Source: Clostridia bacterium
Lineage (GTDB): Bacteria; Bacillota; Clostridia; UMGS1810
Assembly: GCA_045606045.1 (NCBI GenBank)
Contig: JAZURE010000032.1
Span: 9,863 to 73,862, forward strand
Direction: 5' to 3'
Length of the DNA: 64,000 nucleotides
Shown: positions 23,304 to 29,916 of the stretch, one piece after another
How positions within the stretch are numbered: the stretch's first letter is position 1
Layout: every line of letters begins with the position of its first letter
Translations under genes and position numbers: made by a program
Notes under the pieces: model-generated
The model's input: only the letters and a program-made list of their open reading frames with translations
The model's database searches: none
Told to the model about the DNA's origin: nothing

Positions 23304-24521
23304 ATGAGCGTATATGATACACTTAAAGAACGCGGACTTATAGCACAGGTTACGCACGAAGAAGAAATCAGAAATTTACTGGAAAACGAAAAGGTCACTT
23401 TCTATATAGGCTTTGACCCCACGGCAGACAGTCTTCATGTAGGACACTTTTTGCAGATGGTTGTAATGAAGCATATGCAGGATGCAGGCCACAGACCTAT
23501 TGCTCTTGTAGGAGGCGGTACAGGTCATGTAGGCGACCCCTCAGGCAGAACGGATATGCGTTCCATGATGACTACCGAAACCATCAATTATAACTGCGAA
23601 AGATTTAAAGAACAGCTTAGCCGTGTGATTGATTTTTCGGACGATAAGGCTATTATGGTAAACAATGCCGACTGGCTTTTAGAGCTTAACTACATTGAAT
23701 TTTTAAGAGACATCGGTGCTCATTTTTCTGTTAACAGAATGCTTACAGCAGAGTGCTTCAAGCAAAGACTTGAAAAAGGCTTGTCCTTCCTTGAATTTAA
23801 CTATATGCTTATGCAGAGCTATGACTTTCTTATGCTCTACAGAAAGTACGGATGTAAGATAGAGCTTGGCGGTGATGATCAGTGGTCGAACATTCTTGGA
23901 GGTATAGAGCTTTGCCGTAAGAAAGACCAGGCGCAGACCTATGGTATGACCTTTACTCTCCTCACAAACAGCGAAGGCAAAAAGATGGGTAAAACTCAGA
24001 GTGGTGCGCTCTGGCTTGACCCTAATAAGACATCCCCGTATGATTTCTATCAGTACTGGGTTAATGTTGACGATGCCGATGTTATTAAGTGCCTAAAGCT
24101 TCTTACATTCCTGCCTTTGGAGGAGATAGAGGTAATGTCTCAGTACAAGGATTCGGAAATAAATAAGGCTAAGAGAGTGCTTGCATATGAGGTTACAAAG
24201 CTTGTTCACGGTGAGGAAGAAGCTGAGAAGGCTCAAAAGGCTGCCATGGCACTTTTTGGCGGCGGAAATGATGACAGCAGCATGCCAACAACTGAAATTA
24301 CCGAAGCTGACCTTGGCAAAACCATCCTTGATATCATGCTTATTGCAGGTCTCATTCCATCCAAGGGTGAGGGCAGACGCCTTGTTCAGCAGGGCGGTGT
24401 AAGCATCGATTCCGACAAGGTTACTGATTTTAATCTTGTTATAGACAAAGCTATGTTTAATGACGGAAAAATAATAATCAAAAAGGGTAAAAAAGTTTTC
24501 CACAAATTTGTTTTGAAATAA
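23304..24521 (+). CDS. tyrS: tyrosine--tRNA ligase
   Basis: 405 aa with a class I HIGH-type motif (HVGH), KMGKT (KMSKS) and a C-terminal S4 domain. Confidence 0.95.
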   Translation: MSVYDTLKERGLIAQVTHEEEIRNLLENEKVTFYIGFDPTADSLHVGHFLQMVVMKHMQDAGHRPIALVGGGTGHVGDPSGRTDMRSMMTTETINYNCERFKEQLSRVIDFSDDKAIMVNNADWLLELNYIEFLRDIGAHFSVNRMLTAECFKQRLEKGLSFLEFNYMLMQSYDFLMLYRKYGCKIELGGDDQWSNILGGIELCRKKDQAQTYGMTFTLLTNSEGKKMGKTQSGALWLDPNKTSPYDFYQYWVNVDDADVIKCLKLLTFLPLEEIEVMSQYKDSEINKAKRVLAYEVTKLVHGEEEAEKAQKAAMALFGGGNDDSSMPTTEITEADLGKTILDIMLIAGLIPSKGEGRRLVQQGGVSIDSDKVTDFNLVIDKAMFNDGKIIIKKGKKVFHKFVLK

Positions 24522-24529
24522 AATTTCTG

Positions 24530-24557
24530 CGGAGTATCCATTCGGATGCTCCGTTTT
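24530..24557 (+). terminator. intrinsic terminator after tyrS
   Basis: Stem CGGAGTATCC/GGATGCTCCG followed by TTTT. Confidence 0.7.
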
Positions 24558-24584
24558 GATTATTTACAGGTAATTTTTGGCTTA

Positions 24585-24600
24585 AGATACAAGTATTTTA
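24585..24600. repeat. attL core (AGATACAAGTATTTTA)
   Basis: Identical 16-mer at 57446..57461. It lies exactly at the host/phage junction. Confidence 0.8.
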
Positions 24601-24620
24601 TGAAAAGTCAAGGGGTAAAT

Positions 24621-24642
24621 GCGAAAAAGTGCAAAAAATTTT
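24621..24642. repeat. 22-bp terminal inverted repeat, copy A (GCGAAAAAGTGCAAAAAATTTT)
   Basis: The perfect reverse complement is present at 26418..26439. A partial inverted copy lies at 57413..57430. Confidence 0.8.
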
Positions 24643-24655
24643 TTAATTAGCATTT

Positions 24656-25696
24656 TTAGGCGGATAAAACGCTGTTTATACAAGCCTCGTATATCTCGGC
24701 AGAGCTATAATAGTTAAATATCCCTCTCGGGTAGTTATTTATCCACTTTTCGAGCTTGCGGGTGTCTGCGGGAGTAACTTTCTCAAAGCTAATTCCTTTC
24801 GGGTAGTGTCGGCGTATCATTTTATTTTGATTTTCATTTGAGCCGCGCTCGTATGAGCTGTACGGGTGGCAATAGTATATCTCGGTACGGTTTCCTTTTC
24901 GGCGGCAGCTCCGCTCTATGCCGAGGTAGTCGGAAAACTCGGAGCCGTTGTCTATTGTTATAGTTTGAAATACCTTTGAGAAATTCGCGCCGTATGCCCG
25001 CTCGATACCGTCAAGAGCTTTTATAACGCTTGCGGCTGTGTGGTCTTTCATTATGCGGATAATTTCGTAACGGGTGTACCGCTCCGTAAGTACAAGAAAA
25101 GTCTTTTTTGTGCCTTTCTTGCCGACTACACAATCCATTTCCCAATGTCCGAAAGAGCAACGCTCCGCAACCTCTGCGGGGCGTTTTTCTATGCTCTTAC
25201 CCTGCGGAGCTCTGTTTGGCTTTACTCGAGCGTATTTTTGTTTATCCTTATTTTTCTTTACGGGCAAGTCCTTATTTGTTATAGTGAGGAAAATACCGTC
25301 CTCGATATATCTATAAAAAGTCGTCTTTGATATGCTCGTATTGAATTGTAAGCCCTTGCGCTTAATTTCGCCCAGGATAGCCCCAGGAGCGTATTTTTCT
25401 ACCGATACTTTATACTCAAGGTATGTAGCGTACTCGTGGTCGGTACCTATTTTTAAGCCCGCTCCTTTTGCTTTAAGGTTGGCGCGGTATTTTTCCTCCG
25501 CAATATCGGGGCTGTAGCGTTCCTCCTCGGTGTAGTCGCTGTTGAGGTGGGTATAAACGCCCCGCTTTAATTCTCTATATATTGTGCTGATGTGCACGCC
25601 GAGCTCGGCGGCCATTTGTGCAGGCTTAACTCCGACTTTCTGCCAAGCCTCTATTTTTAGTCTATCTGTAAAAGTAAGGTGTTTATACTTGCTCAT
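24656..25696 (-). CDS. IS30-family DDE transposase/recombinase
   Basis: 346 aa with an N-terminal HTH (LTFTDRLKIE...LGVHISTIYRELKRG) and a DDE core (GHWEMD ... TIDNGSEF ... NENQNKMIRRHYPKG). Confidence 0.9.
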   Translation of the reverse strand: MSKYKHLTFTDRLKIEAWQKVGVKPAQMAAELGVHISTIYRELKRGVYTHLNSDYTEEERYSPDIAEEKYRANLKAKGAGLKIGTDHEYATYLEYKVSVEKYAPGAILGEIKRKGLQFNTSISKTTFYRYIEDGIFLTITNKDLPVKKNKDKQKYARVKPNRAPQGKSIEKRPAEVAERCSFGHWEMDCVVGKKGTKKTFLVLTERYTRYEIIRIMKDHTAASVIKALDGIERAYGANFSKVFQTITIDNGSEFSDYLGIERSCRRKGNRTEIYYCHPYSSYERGSNENQNKMIRRHYPKGISFEKVTPADTRKLEKWINNYPRGIFNYYSSAEIYEACINSVLSA

Positions 25697-25718
25697 AATA
25701 AAATCACTCCGTTTTATT
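25692..25718. repeat. 27-bp direct repeat covering a translation initiation region (copy 1)
   Basis: CTCATAATAAAATCACTCCGTTTTATT is identical to 56956..56982. On the minus strand it reads AATAAAACGGAGTGATTTTATTATGAG. Confidence 0.85.
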
Positions 25719-25751
25719 AAAATAAAATAGAGGGAGCCGTAAAGCTCCCTC
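25719..25751 (-). terminator. intrinsic terminator between the RHH gene and the transposase gene
   Basis: Minus-strand stem GAGGGAGC/GCTCCCTC followed by a U-rich tract (TATTTTATT). Confidence 0.55.
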
Positions 25752-25758
25752 CTTGATA

Positions 25759-25944
25759 CTACGCTAAAAAGCCCTCAATAGCCTTTTTTATAACTTGCGC
25801 TTGCGGCACGCCCTCGGCTGCGCATTTTTCCTTGAAAGCCTCCGCCATTTCTTTAGGGACTCTAACCGCTATTACATCATAAGTTTTTTGATTATATCGA
25901 GTTTTAACCTCTGTAGATGTTTTAGTTTTTCTTTTCTCTGCCAT
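25759..25944 (-). CDS. ribbon-helix-helix (CopG/Arc-like) DNA-binding protein
   Basis: Start moved to MAEKRKTK after an AAGGAGG RBS. The sequence ...YDVIAVRVPKEMAEAFKEKCAAEGVPQAQVIKKAIEGFLA fits a beta-strand plus two-helix pattern. Confidence 0.65.
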   Translation of the reverse strand: MAEKRKTKTSTEVKTRYNQKTYDVIAVRVPKEMAEAFKEKCAAEGVPQAQVIKKAIEGFLA

Positions 25945-25958
25945 AGCCTGCCGCCTCC

Positions 25959-26126
25959 TTAAAATAATTCGTTGGTAGTTACATACTCCCACAGCTCGTC
26001 TATTGTCGCGCAAATATCCTTTGAAACATCAAAGGCAAGCTCGAGCTTTCCGCTGTCGGTCTTTACCGTCCATTTTGTAGCCGACTCCGTTACGGTGTAG
26101 GTTTTTTCGCCTTTTACAATAACCAT
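25959..26126 (-). CDS. hypothetical protein (55 aa)
   Basis: Hand-translated: MVIVKGEKTYTVTESATKWTVKTDSGKLELAFDVSKDICATIDELWEYVTTNELF. It has an AGGAGG RBS and is below the ORF-track size cutoff. Confidence 0.45.
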   Translation of the reverse strand: MVIVKGEKTYTVTESATKWTVKTDSGKLELAFDVSKDICATIDELWEYVTTNELF

Positions 26127-26213
26127 AGCGTCCTCCTATTGATTTTTATATATATCTATGCTATAATAGGACTTACGAGAGGGGCGATTGCTCGCCCTCT
26201 CTCTGCCTTGAGC

Positions 26214-26351
26214 TTATTTGCTCTCGGGTTTTGCCTTGCTCGGCTTTGGCTTTACAAGTGTTATAGTAACTTTGACTCGTTCCACCGTGTCGTTATTCTG
26301 TAACGCTTTCGCCAGGTCTTGCAGGGCTTTTTCTATGCCTTGACTTTCCAT
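26214..26351 (-). CDS. hypothetical protein (45 aa)
   Basis: Hand-translated: MESQGIEKALQDLAKALQNNDTVERVKVTITLVKPKPSKAKPESK. It has an AAAGGAGG RBS and is the first ORF after the consensus promoter. Confidence 0.45.
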   Translation of the reverse strand: MESQGIEKALQDLAKALQNNDTVERVKVTITLVKPKPSKAKPESK

Positions 26352-26378
26352 AGGCTTATTACCTCCTTTCTGTATATT

Positions 26379-26407
26379 ATTATATCATACTGCTTGCAGT
26401 ATGTCAA
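26379..26407 (-). promoter_or_regulatory. consensus sigma-70-type promoter (minus strand) of the small-ORF/RHH/transposase operon
   Basis: The minus strand reads TTGACA, a 17-nt spacer, then TATAAT, about 20 nt upstream of the AAAGGAGG RBS. Confidence 0.7.
26386..26403. promoter_or_regulatory. 18-bp palindromic operator candidate inside the promoter spacer
   Basis: CATACTGC-TT-GCAGTATG has perfect 8-bp arms. It fills the -35/-10 spacer of the minus-strand promoter. Confidence 0.55.
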
Positions 26408-26417
26408 TAGTTATTTG

Positions 26418-26439
26418 AAAATTTTTTGCACTTTTTCGC
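26418..26439. repeat. 22-bp inverted repeat, copy B
   Basis: AAAATTTTTTGCACTTTTTCGC is the exact reverse complement of 24621..24642. It lies between two divergent promoters. Confidence 0.8.
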
Positions 26440-26447
26440 GGAAAATA

Positions 26448-26476
26448 TTTACTATTTTCTCGGTTTGTGTTATAAT
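26448..26476 (+). promoter_or_regulatory. sigma-70-type promoter (plus strand), divergent from the 26379..26407 promoter
   Basis: TTTACT, a 17-nt spacer, then TATAAT, with TGT immediately upstream of the -10 (extended -10-like). Confidence 0.55.
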
Positions 26477-26482
26477 ATAGGC

Positions 26483-26658
26483 ACCACACAAAAATTATAT
26501 AATGGTTACACTATTGAAAGTGCCTCATTTCGTCAAAAAATGTAGGCTCTACTTTTCGCATTTTCGATAGTGTAGAAAAATTTTTGTGTGGTAGCAAATC
26601 GGAGCTTGCGTTTTTTATGCGTGTAGCTGCGATATGGGCTACACGCATTTTTATTTTT
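26483..26658 (+). ncRNA. highly structured leader or small RNA ending in an intrinsic terminator
   Basis: Perfect 14-bp stem 26483..26496/26579..26592, with a nested 14-bp stem 26506..26519/26562..26575 (two G-U pairs). Then hairpin ATGCGTGTAGC/GCTACACGCAT (26617..26648) followed by TTTTATTTTT, right before the RBS of the 26676 gene. Confidence 0.5.
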
Positions 26659-26675
26659 AGGAGGCTATAACATCT

Positions 26676-26969
26676 ATGAAAAAATTAAAAACCTGGCAAT
26701 TAGTATTACTTATTATCTTTTATCCCGTAGGGCTTGTATACTTTATTGTATGGCTGTGCAAAAGAAACAAGGTGCAAGCGGTACCCGCTCCGAAAAAAGA
26801 CGAAAGCTATTATTTTGATTTAGTATTTGTAAATAAGGGCAGTAAAGTATACCATAACGACCAAATGTGCGCCGAGAGCCGTAATTGTAACTCTGTAGAA
26901 ATGCACGAAAAGGACGCTATAAAAAAAGGGTTGCACCGTTGCAAAAGATGTTACGGCAATATAGAATAA
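26676..26969 (+). CDS. membrane-anchored small protein with a Cys/His-rich C-terminus (Ada-type zinc-finger-like); one of only two plus-strand transcription units in the prophage
   Basis: 97 aa with an N-terminal TM helix (LVLLIIFYPVGLVYFIVWL) and a C-terminal ..YHNDQMCAE..C....HRCKRC region. Confidence 0.6.
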   Translation: MKKLKTWQLVLLIIFYPVGLVYFIVWLCKRNKVQAVPAPKKDESYYFDLVFVNKGSKVYHNDQMCAESRNCNSVEMHEKDAIKKGLHRCKRCYGNIE

Positions 26970-26976
26970 TAAAACG

Positions 26977-27008
26977 AAAAAGGCAGAGGCTAATAAGCCC
27001 CTGCCTTT
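26977..27008. terminator. bidirectional terminator between convergent genes
   Basis: GGCAGAGGC/GCCCCTGCC stem flanked by an A-run and a T-run. Confidence 0.5.
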
Positions 27009-27013
27009 AATGT

Positions 27014-27571
27014 TTAGTCGCTTTCGTCCTCGTCGGCTCCGTTGTAGCATTTTGCTTTTGCCTCGTCTATTGTTTTTGTGATTTCGGCGAGGTATTTTTC
27101 TTGAGCTGCTCTAATTTCTGCGATATTGTTTTGTACGGTGTTTCTTAATATATGTGTTGCGCCCGTACCTGGGTGTTGTACCTTAAAGCCGTATACCTCG
27201 TTGTCGTAACGCATAAATTTTCTTGCGCCGTCTTTTGGTATAGAGTGCGGCTCCGTACCAAACTCTATCCAATGCGGCGAGGCGTGCGAGGGTAGCTTGC
27301 CCTTTTTCTTTACTTTCTGCCAAGAGTAAAAGCCTATTTGTAGCGTTGGTTGCCCCGTTTTGTAATTTATCATAGCCCAAGAGCCTATATGGTTTTTTAT
27401 TCTTTTCGAGCGTGGCGGCAAGTCTGCTCGTAATTTCTTGCGTATTACTTTTGCGGACTCTCTTAACGCGGTTTTTGATAAATTTACAAGTGTTTTCTTT
27501 ACCTCGGGGCTTACATCTATAAACTTAATCTCTACACCGTTTTTATTATATAAAGTTTTAGGGGTTGCCAT
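27014..27571 (-). CDS. HK97 gp10-family phage protein (neck/tail-completion type), displaced from the structural module
   Basis: 185 aa. The ...IKNHIGSW...WIEFGT..HSIP... pattern resembles the HK97 gp10 family. Confidence 0.55.
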   Translation of the reverse strand: MATPKTLYNKNGVEIKFIDVSPEVKKTLVNLSKTALRESAKVIRKKLRADLPPRSKRIKNHIGSWAMINYKTGQPTLQIGFYSWQKVKKKGKLPSHASPHWIEFGTEPHSIPKDGARKFMRYDNEVYGFKVQHPGTGATHILRNTVQNNIAEIRAAQEKYLAEITKTIDEAKAKCYNGADEDESD

Positions 27572-27658
27572 TGCATTACTCCTTTCTAAATGCGAAAAGG
27601 CGACGGGCGCAGTTTCCCGCTATCCCGCCGCCCTTTCTTTATGTGAATTTAAGGAGGA

Positions 27659-28801
27659 CTATTTAAGCAGCTCGTTTACGCGCTTTTGTACGGCGGAGTA
27701 GTCGTACCCCGCTGCCTCGAGCTTGTTTTTTCGAGCTGCGCCGCTGCCCCATTTTCCCGCTATAACCTCGCGGGCGATTTCGTCAACGGTCTTTACGGGC
27801 ACGCCTGCCGAAACAGCGGAGCCGCTTTCGGTTGTAATATAGGTGCTGTAGCCCGCCGCCTTGAGTTTCTTCTCCATAGCCTCGGCGTTAGCTTTTACGC
27901 TGTACGCCCCTACTTGTACCTTGTAATAGCCGCCGTTCTGTACGATATATGTATCAAAGCCCGCAGCTTTCAGCTTTGCCTCAAGAGTCGCAGCGTTTGC
28001 CTTATTGCTAAAGGCTCCCGTTTGTACTCTATAAAGAGTCTTTGCGGGCTCCGTAGGCTTTGCGGAGGGTTGTGTTATGCCGTCGAGATATTTTTTTACA
28101 AGTGCCTTAAATTTTTTCCAATTAGTTAAGGCTGTAGCTGCATTTGTGCTGCCGAAAATATACGACGGGCACCACTTTTCGCCAGGTACGAGCGTAGTAC
28201 ATTGCTTGTCTATATCAGCAATACTCTTTCCCGCCGATTTATTAACCCAATATGTATGGGTAACAAGATTGTCAATAGTGAGCCCGTGTCGCCATAACAG
28301 CCAGGCGGCAAGGCGGGCGGCATTGTCTTTTGCTTTTTCGTCGTGAGCTGTCGTATCGCCCATAATAACCTCAATACTTAAACTTGTCATATTTCCGCCG
28401 CCGTTTGTGCTGCCGTCGCCTGCGTGCCAAGATACTTCGGCAGAGCCGAGAGCGTCGGCGGCACACATACCCGTACCTGCGCGGAGATTTTGCCAAGCTG
28501 CAACATCATCTACATAAAAATGCACCCTCGCCGATAGCATATTTTCATTATATGTTGCTCTTGTATACTGCTCTGCGTCGTCGTATACATTGTCGAGGTC
28601 GTTCGTGTTGTGAATTGTTACGCTTAAAACCTTTCCCGTGTTATTTGTTAATAGTTTTTCGCTTTTGTATAGAGAGTTTGCGCCAAAGCCTGCTTTTTTT
28701 GCCTTTGTGCTATCTTTCCAACGGGTGCCGTTAGGTATAATTTTCTCATTTACGGTAAGCCCGTTAATTTTATATGTTGCGTTAGGTGTCAAAAGTGCCA
28801 T
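27659..28801 (-). CDS. endolysin: N-acetylmuramoyl-L-alanine amidase (Amidase_2/PGRP) with two SPOR repeats and a CW_7-like C-terminus
   Basis: The amidase region (..VTIHNT...HFYVDD...SWHAGDG...SLSIEV) is followed by two YRVQ(T/V)GA(F/Y)S.KANAE....KLKAAG repeats and a C-terminal IAREVIAGKWGSGAARKNKLEAAGYDY region. Confidence 0.85.
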   Translation of the reverse strand: MALLTPNATYKINGLTVNEKIIPNGTRWKDSTKAKKAGFGANSLYKSEKLLTNNTGKVLSVTIHNTNDLDNVYDDAEQYTRATYNENMLSARVHFYVDDVAAWQNLRAGTGMCAADALGSAEVSWHAGDGSTNGGGNMTSLSIEVIMGDTTAHDEKAKDNAARLAAWLLWRHGLTIDNLVTHTYWVNKSAGKSIADIDKQCTTLVPGEKWCPSYIFGSTNAATALTNWKKFKALVKKYLDGITQPSAKPTEPAKTLYRVQTGAFSNKANAATLEAKLKAAGFDTYIVQNGGYYKVQVGAYSVKANAEAMEKKLKAAGYSTYITTESGSAVSAGVPVKTVDEIAREVIAGKWGSGAARKNKLEAAGYDYSAVQKRVNELLK

Positions 28802-28803
28802 TT

Positions 28804-29058
28804 CTACGCCTCCGTTTTTTCTTTAAGTTTGTGCATATATTCGTCCGCCTGGATAGCCTCGGGAGTAAAGCTGTTATTTTTCCACCAAGCCCACAAAGTA
28901 GCCGCTACGGTAGCAGCAGCAGTAAGCCAAGCGTACAGCTCCTCCTCCGCGAAGGGCAGAGGGTTTTTGCCTAACATTGTTAAAATGGTATTAACCAGGG
29001 TAACAAAAAGCACAATAGCTCTTATAATGGTTTCTGTAGGTATTTTCTTATTTTGCAT
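28804..29058 (-). CDS. holin
   Basis: Start at MQNKKIP after a GGAGGAG RBS. It is 84 aa with two hydrophobic segments and a charged C-terminus, directly upstream of the endolysin. Confidence 0.7.
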   Translation of the reverse strand: MQNKKIPTETIIRAIVLFVTLVNTILTMLGKNPLPFAEEELYAWLTAAATVAATLWAWWKNNSFTPEAIQADEYMHKLKEKTEA

Positions 29059-29060
29059 TG

Positions 29061-29354
29061 TTATTCTCCTCCTTTTATTTCGTCTATTCTGTGGTGCGCT
29101 TGTTTGCAAGACTCCTCGCACCTGGTAATACGCTCGTTGTAGCTTTCGAGCGTGTGGTGTGTTTCTCTACTGTCCCTTTTCAAATCGTCAACGCCCGCTT
29201 TTATATAGCCAACATCCGAAATAAGCACGCCGTCGCTTTTTGCCTCGGCTTTGGTGTCCGCTTTTTCTCTTTGTCGAAAAGTAAGCCAGGAAAAAACGAA
29301 AGTTACCGCCATACCCGCGAGCGTACATAAGAGGTTTATTGAAAATTCACTCAT
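29061..29354 (-). CDS. small membrane protein with a coiled-coil tail (lysis-cassette associated)
   Basis: 97 aa with an N-terminal TM helix and a position adjacent to the holin. Confidence 0.45.
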   Translation of the reverse strand: MSEFSINLLCTLAGMAVTFVFSWLTFRQREKADTKAEAKSDGVLISDVGYIKAGVDDLKRDSRETHHTLESYNERITRCEESCKQAHHRIDEIKGGE

Positions 29355-29366
29355 AGCACATACTCC

Positions 29367-29549
29367 TTAATTGTATTCTTTGCCGATTGTTTCGAGCTCG
29401 GCGGCGGCTGTGCTGCGCATTTGTTGCAATTCCTCGTCGGTGCTGTATGCGATTTTAGCCTGCTCGATAATTTCCGCCTGCTTTTGGATAATATCAGCCT
29501 GCAAGCGAGTTACTATGCAGAGCCTCTCTATAACCTCAAGTAAGCTCAT
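29367..29549 (-). CDS. hypothetical protein
   Basis: 60-aa helical ORF in an operon-like arrangement. Confidence 0.4.
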   Translation of the reverse strand: MSLLEVIERLCIVTRLQADIIQKQAEIIEQAKIAYSTDEELQQMRSTAAAELETIGKEYN

Positions 29550-29916
29550 TTTCGGAGCCCTCCTCGCTGTCGGGAGGTGTTGGAAATTTTACATCAAAGG
29601 GAAAGCCTGCTTGTGTAGGCAAGTCCCTTAATGCCTGGCGATACTCCGCCCAAGCTCCCTTGAATATTTTTGAAAGCGAGGTAATAAACTTTGTCGCAGA
29701 GGAGAGGTCGAGCCCGAGGCGGTCAAGGGACATTTGCGCGTCGCTGTTGTCGAGCAGCTTATTACGAATTTTGCGGGCAAGCGCTGCCGCCTCCTCCTCG
29801 TTACGCTCCTCACAAGCGGCGACGTATGCCGCTTTTAATATTTCCTCGAGTTCTGCTTTTTTAGCTGCCGCCATTGCCTCAACCTGGGCGAGGCGTTTGT
29901 GGTAATTGTTGTTCAC
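29536..29916 (-). CDS. tail-fibre assembly/chaperone-like protein
   Basis: 126 aa. The ...RNKLLDNSD...W.EYRQALRDLP...P motif resembles phage tail assembly chaperone-like domains. Confidence 0.45.
   Translation of the reverse strand: MNNNYHKRLAQVEAMAAAKKAELEEILKAAYVAACEERNEEEAAALARKIRNKLLDNSDAQMSLDRLGLDLSSATKFITSLSKIFKGAWAEYRQALRDLPTQAGFPFDVKFPTPPDSEEGSENELT

Larger units (their letters stand above)
24621..26439. mobile_element. IS30-family transposase module bracketed by perfect 22-bp inverted repeats (IS-like unit or phage integration module)
   Basis: The unit contains IR-A, the transposase, an RHH gene, two small ORFs, a promoter and IR-B. No obvious target-site duplication flanks it. Confidence 0.45.

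Noticed and set aside
24585-24600. Possibility that the 16-bp direct repeat is a chance match.
   Set aside because: A 16-mer repeat somewhere in 64 kb is not very improbable. This pair, however, coincides with both host/phage composition and gene-content breaks to within tens of bp, so the att interpretation is retained.
26127-26213. Hairpin GAGAGGGGCG..CGCCCTCTC between the two micro-ORFs, considered as a terminator.
   Set aside because: There is no U-run on either strand. It is possibly a processing or regulatory structure, but the support is too weak for a call.
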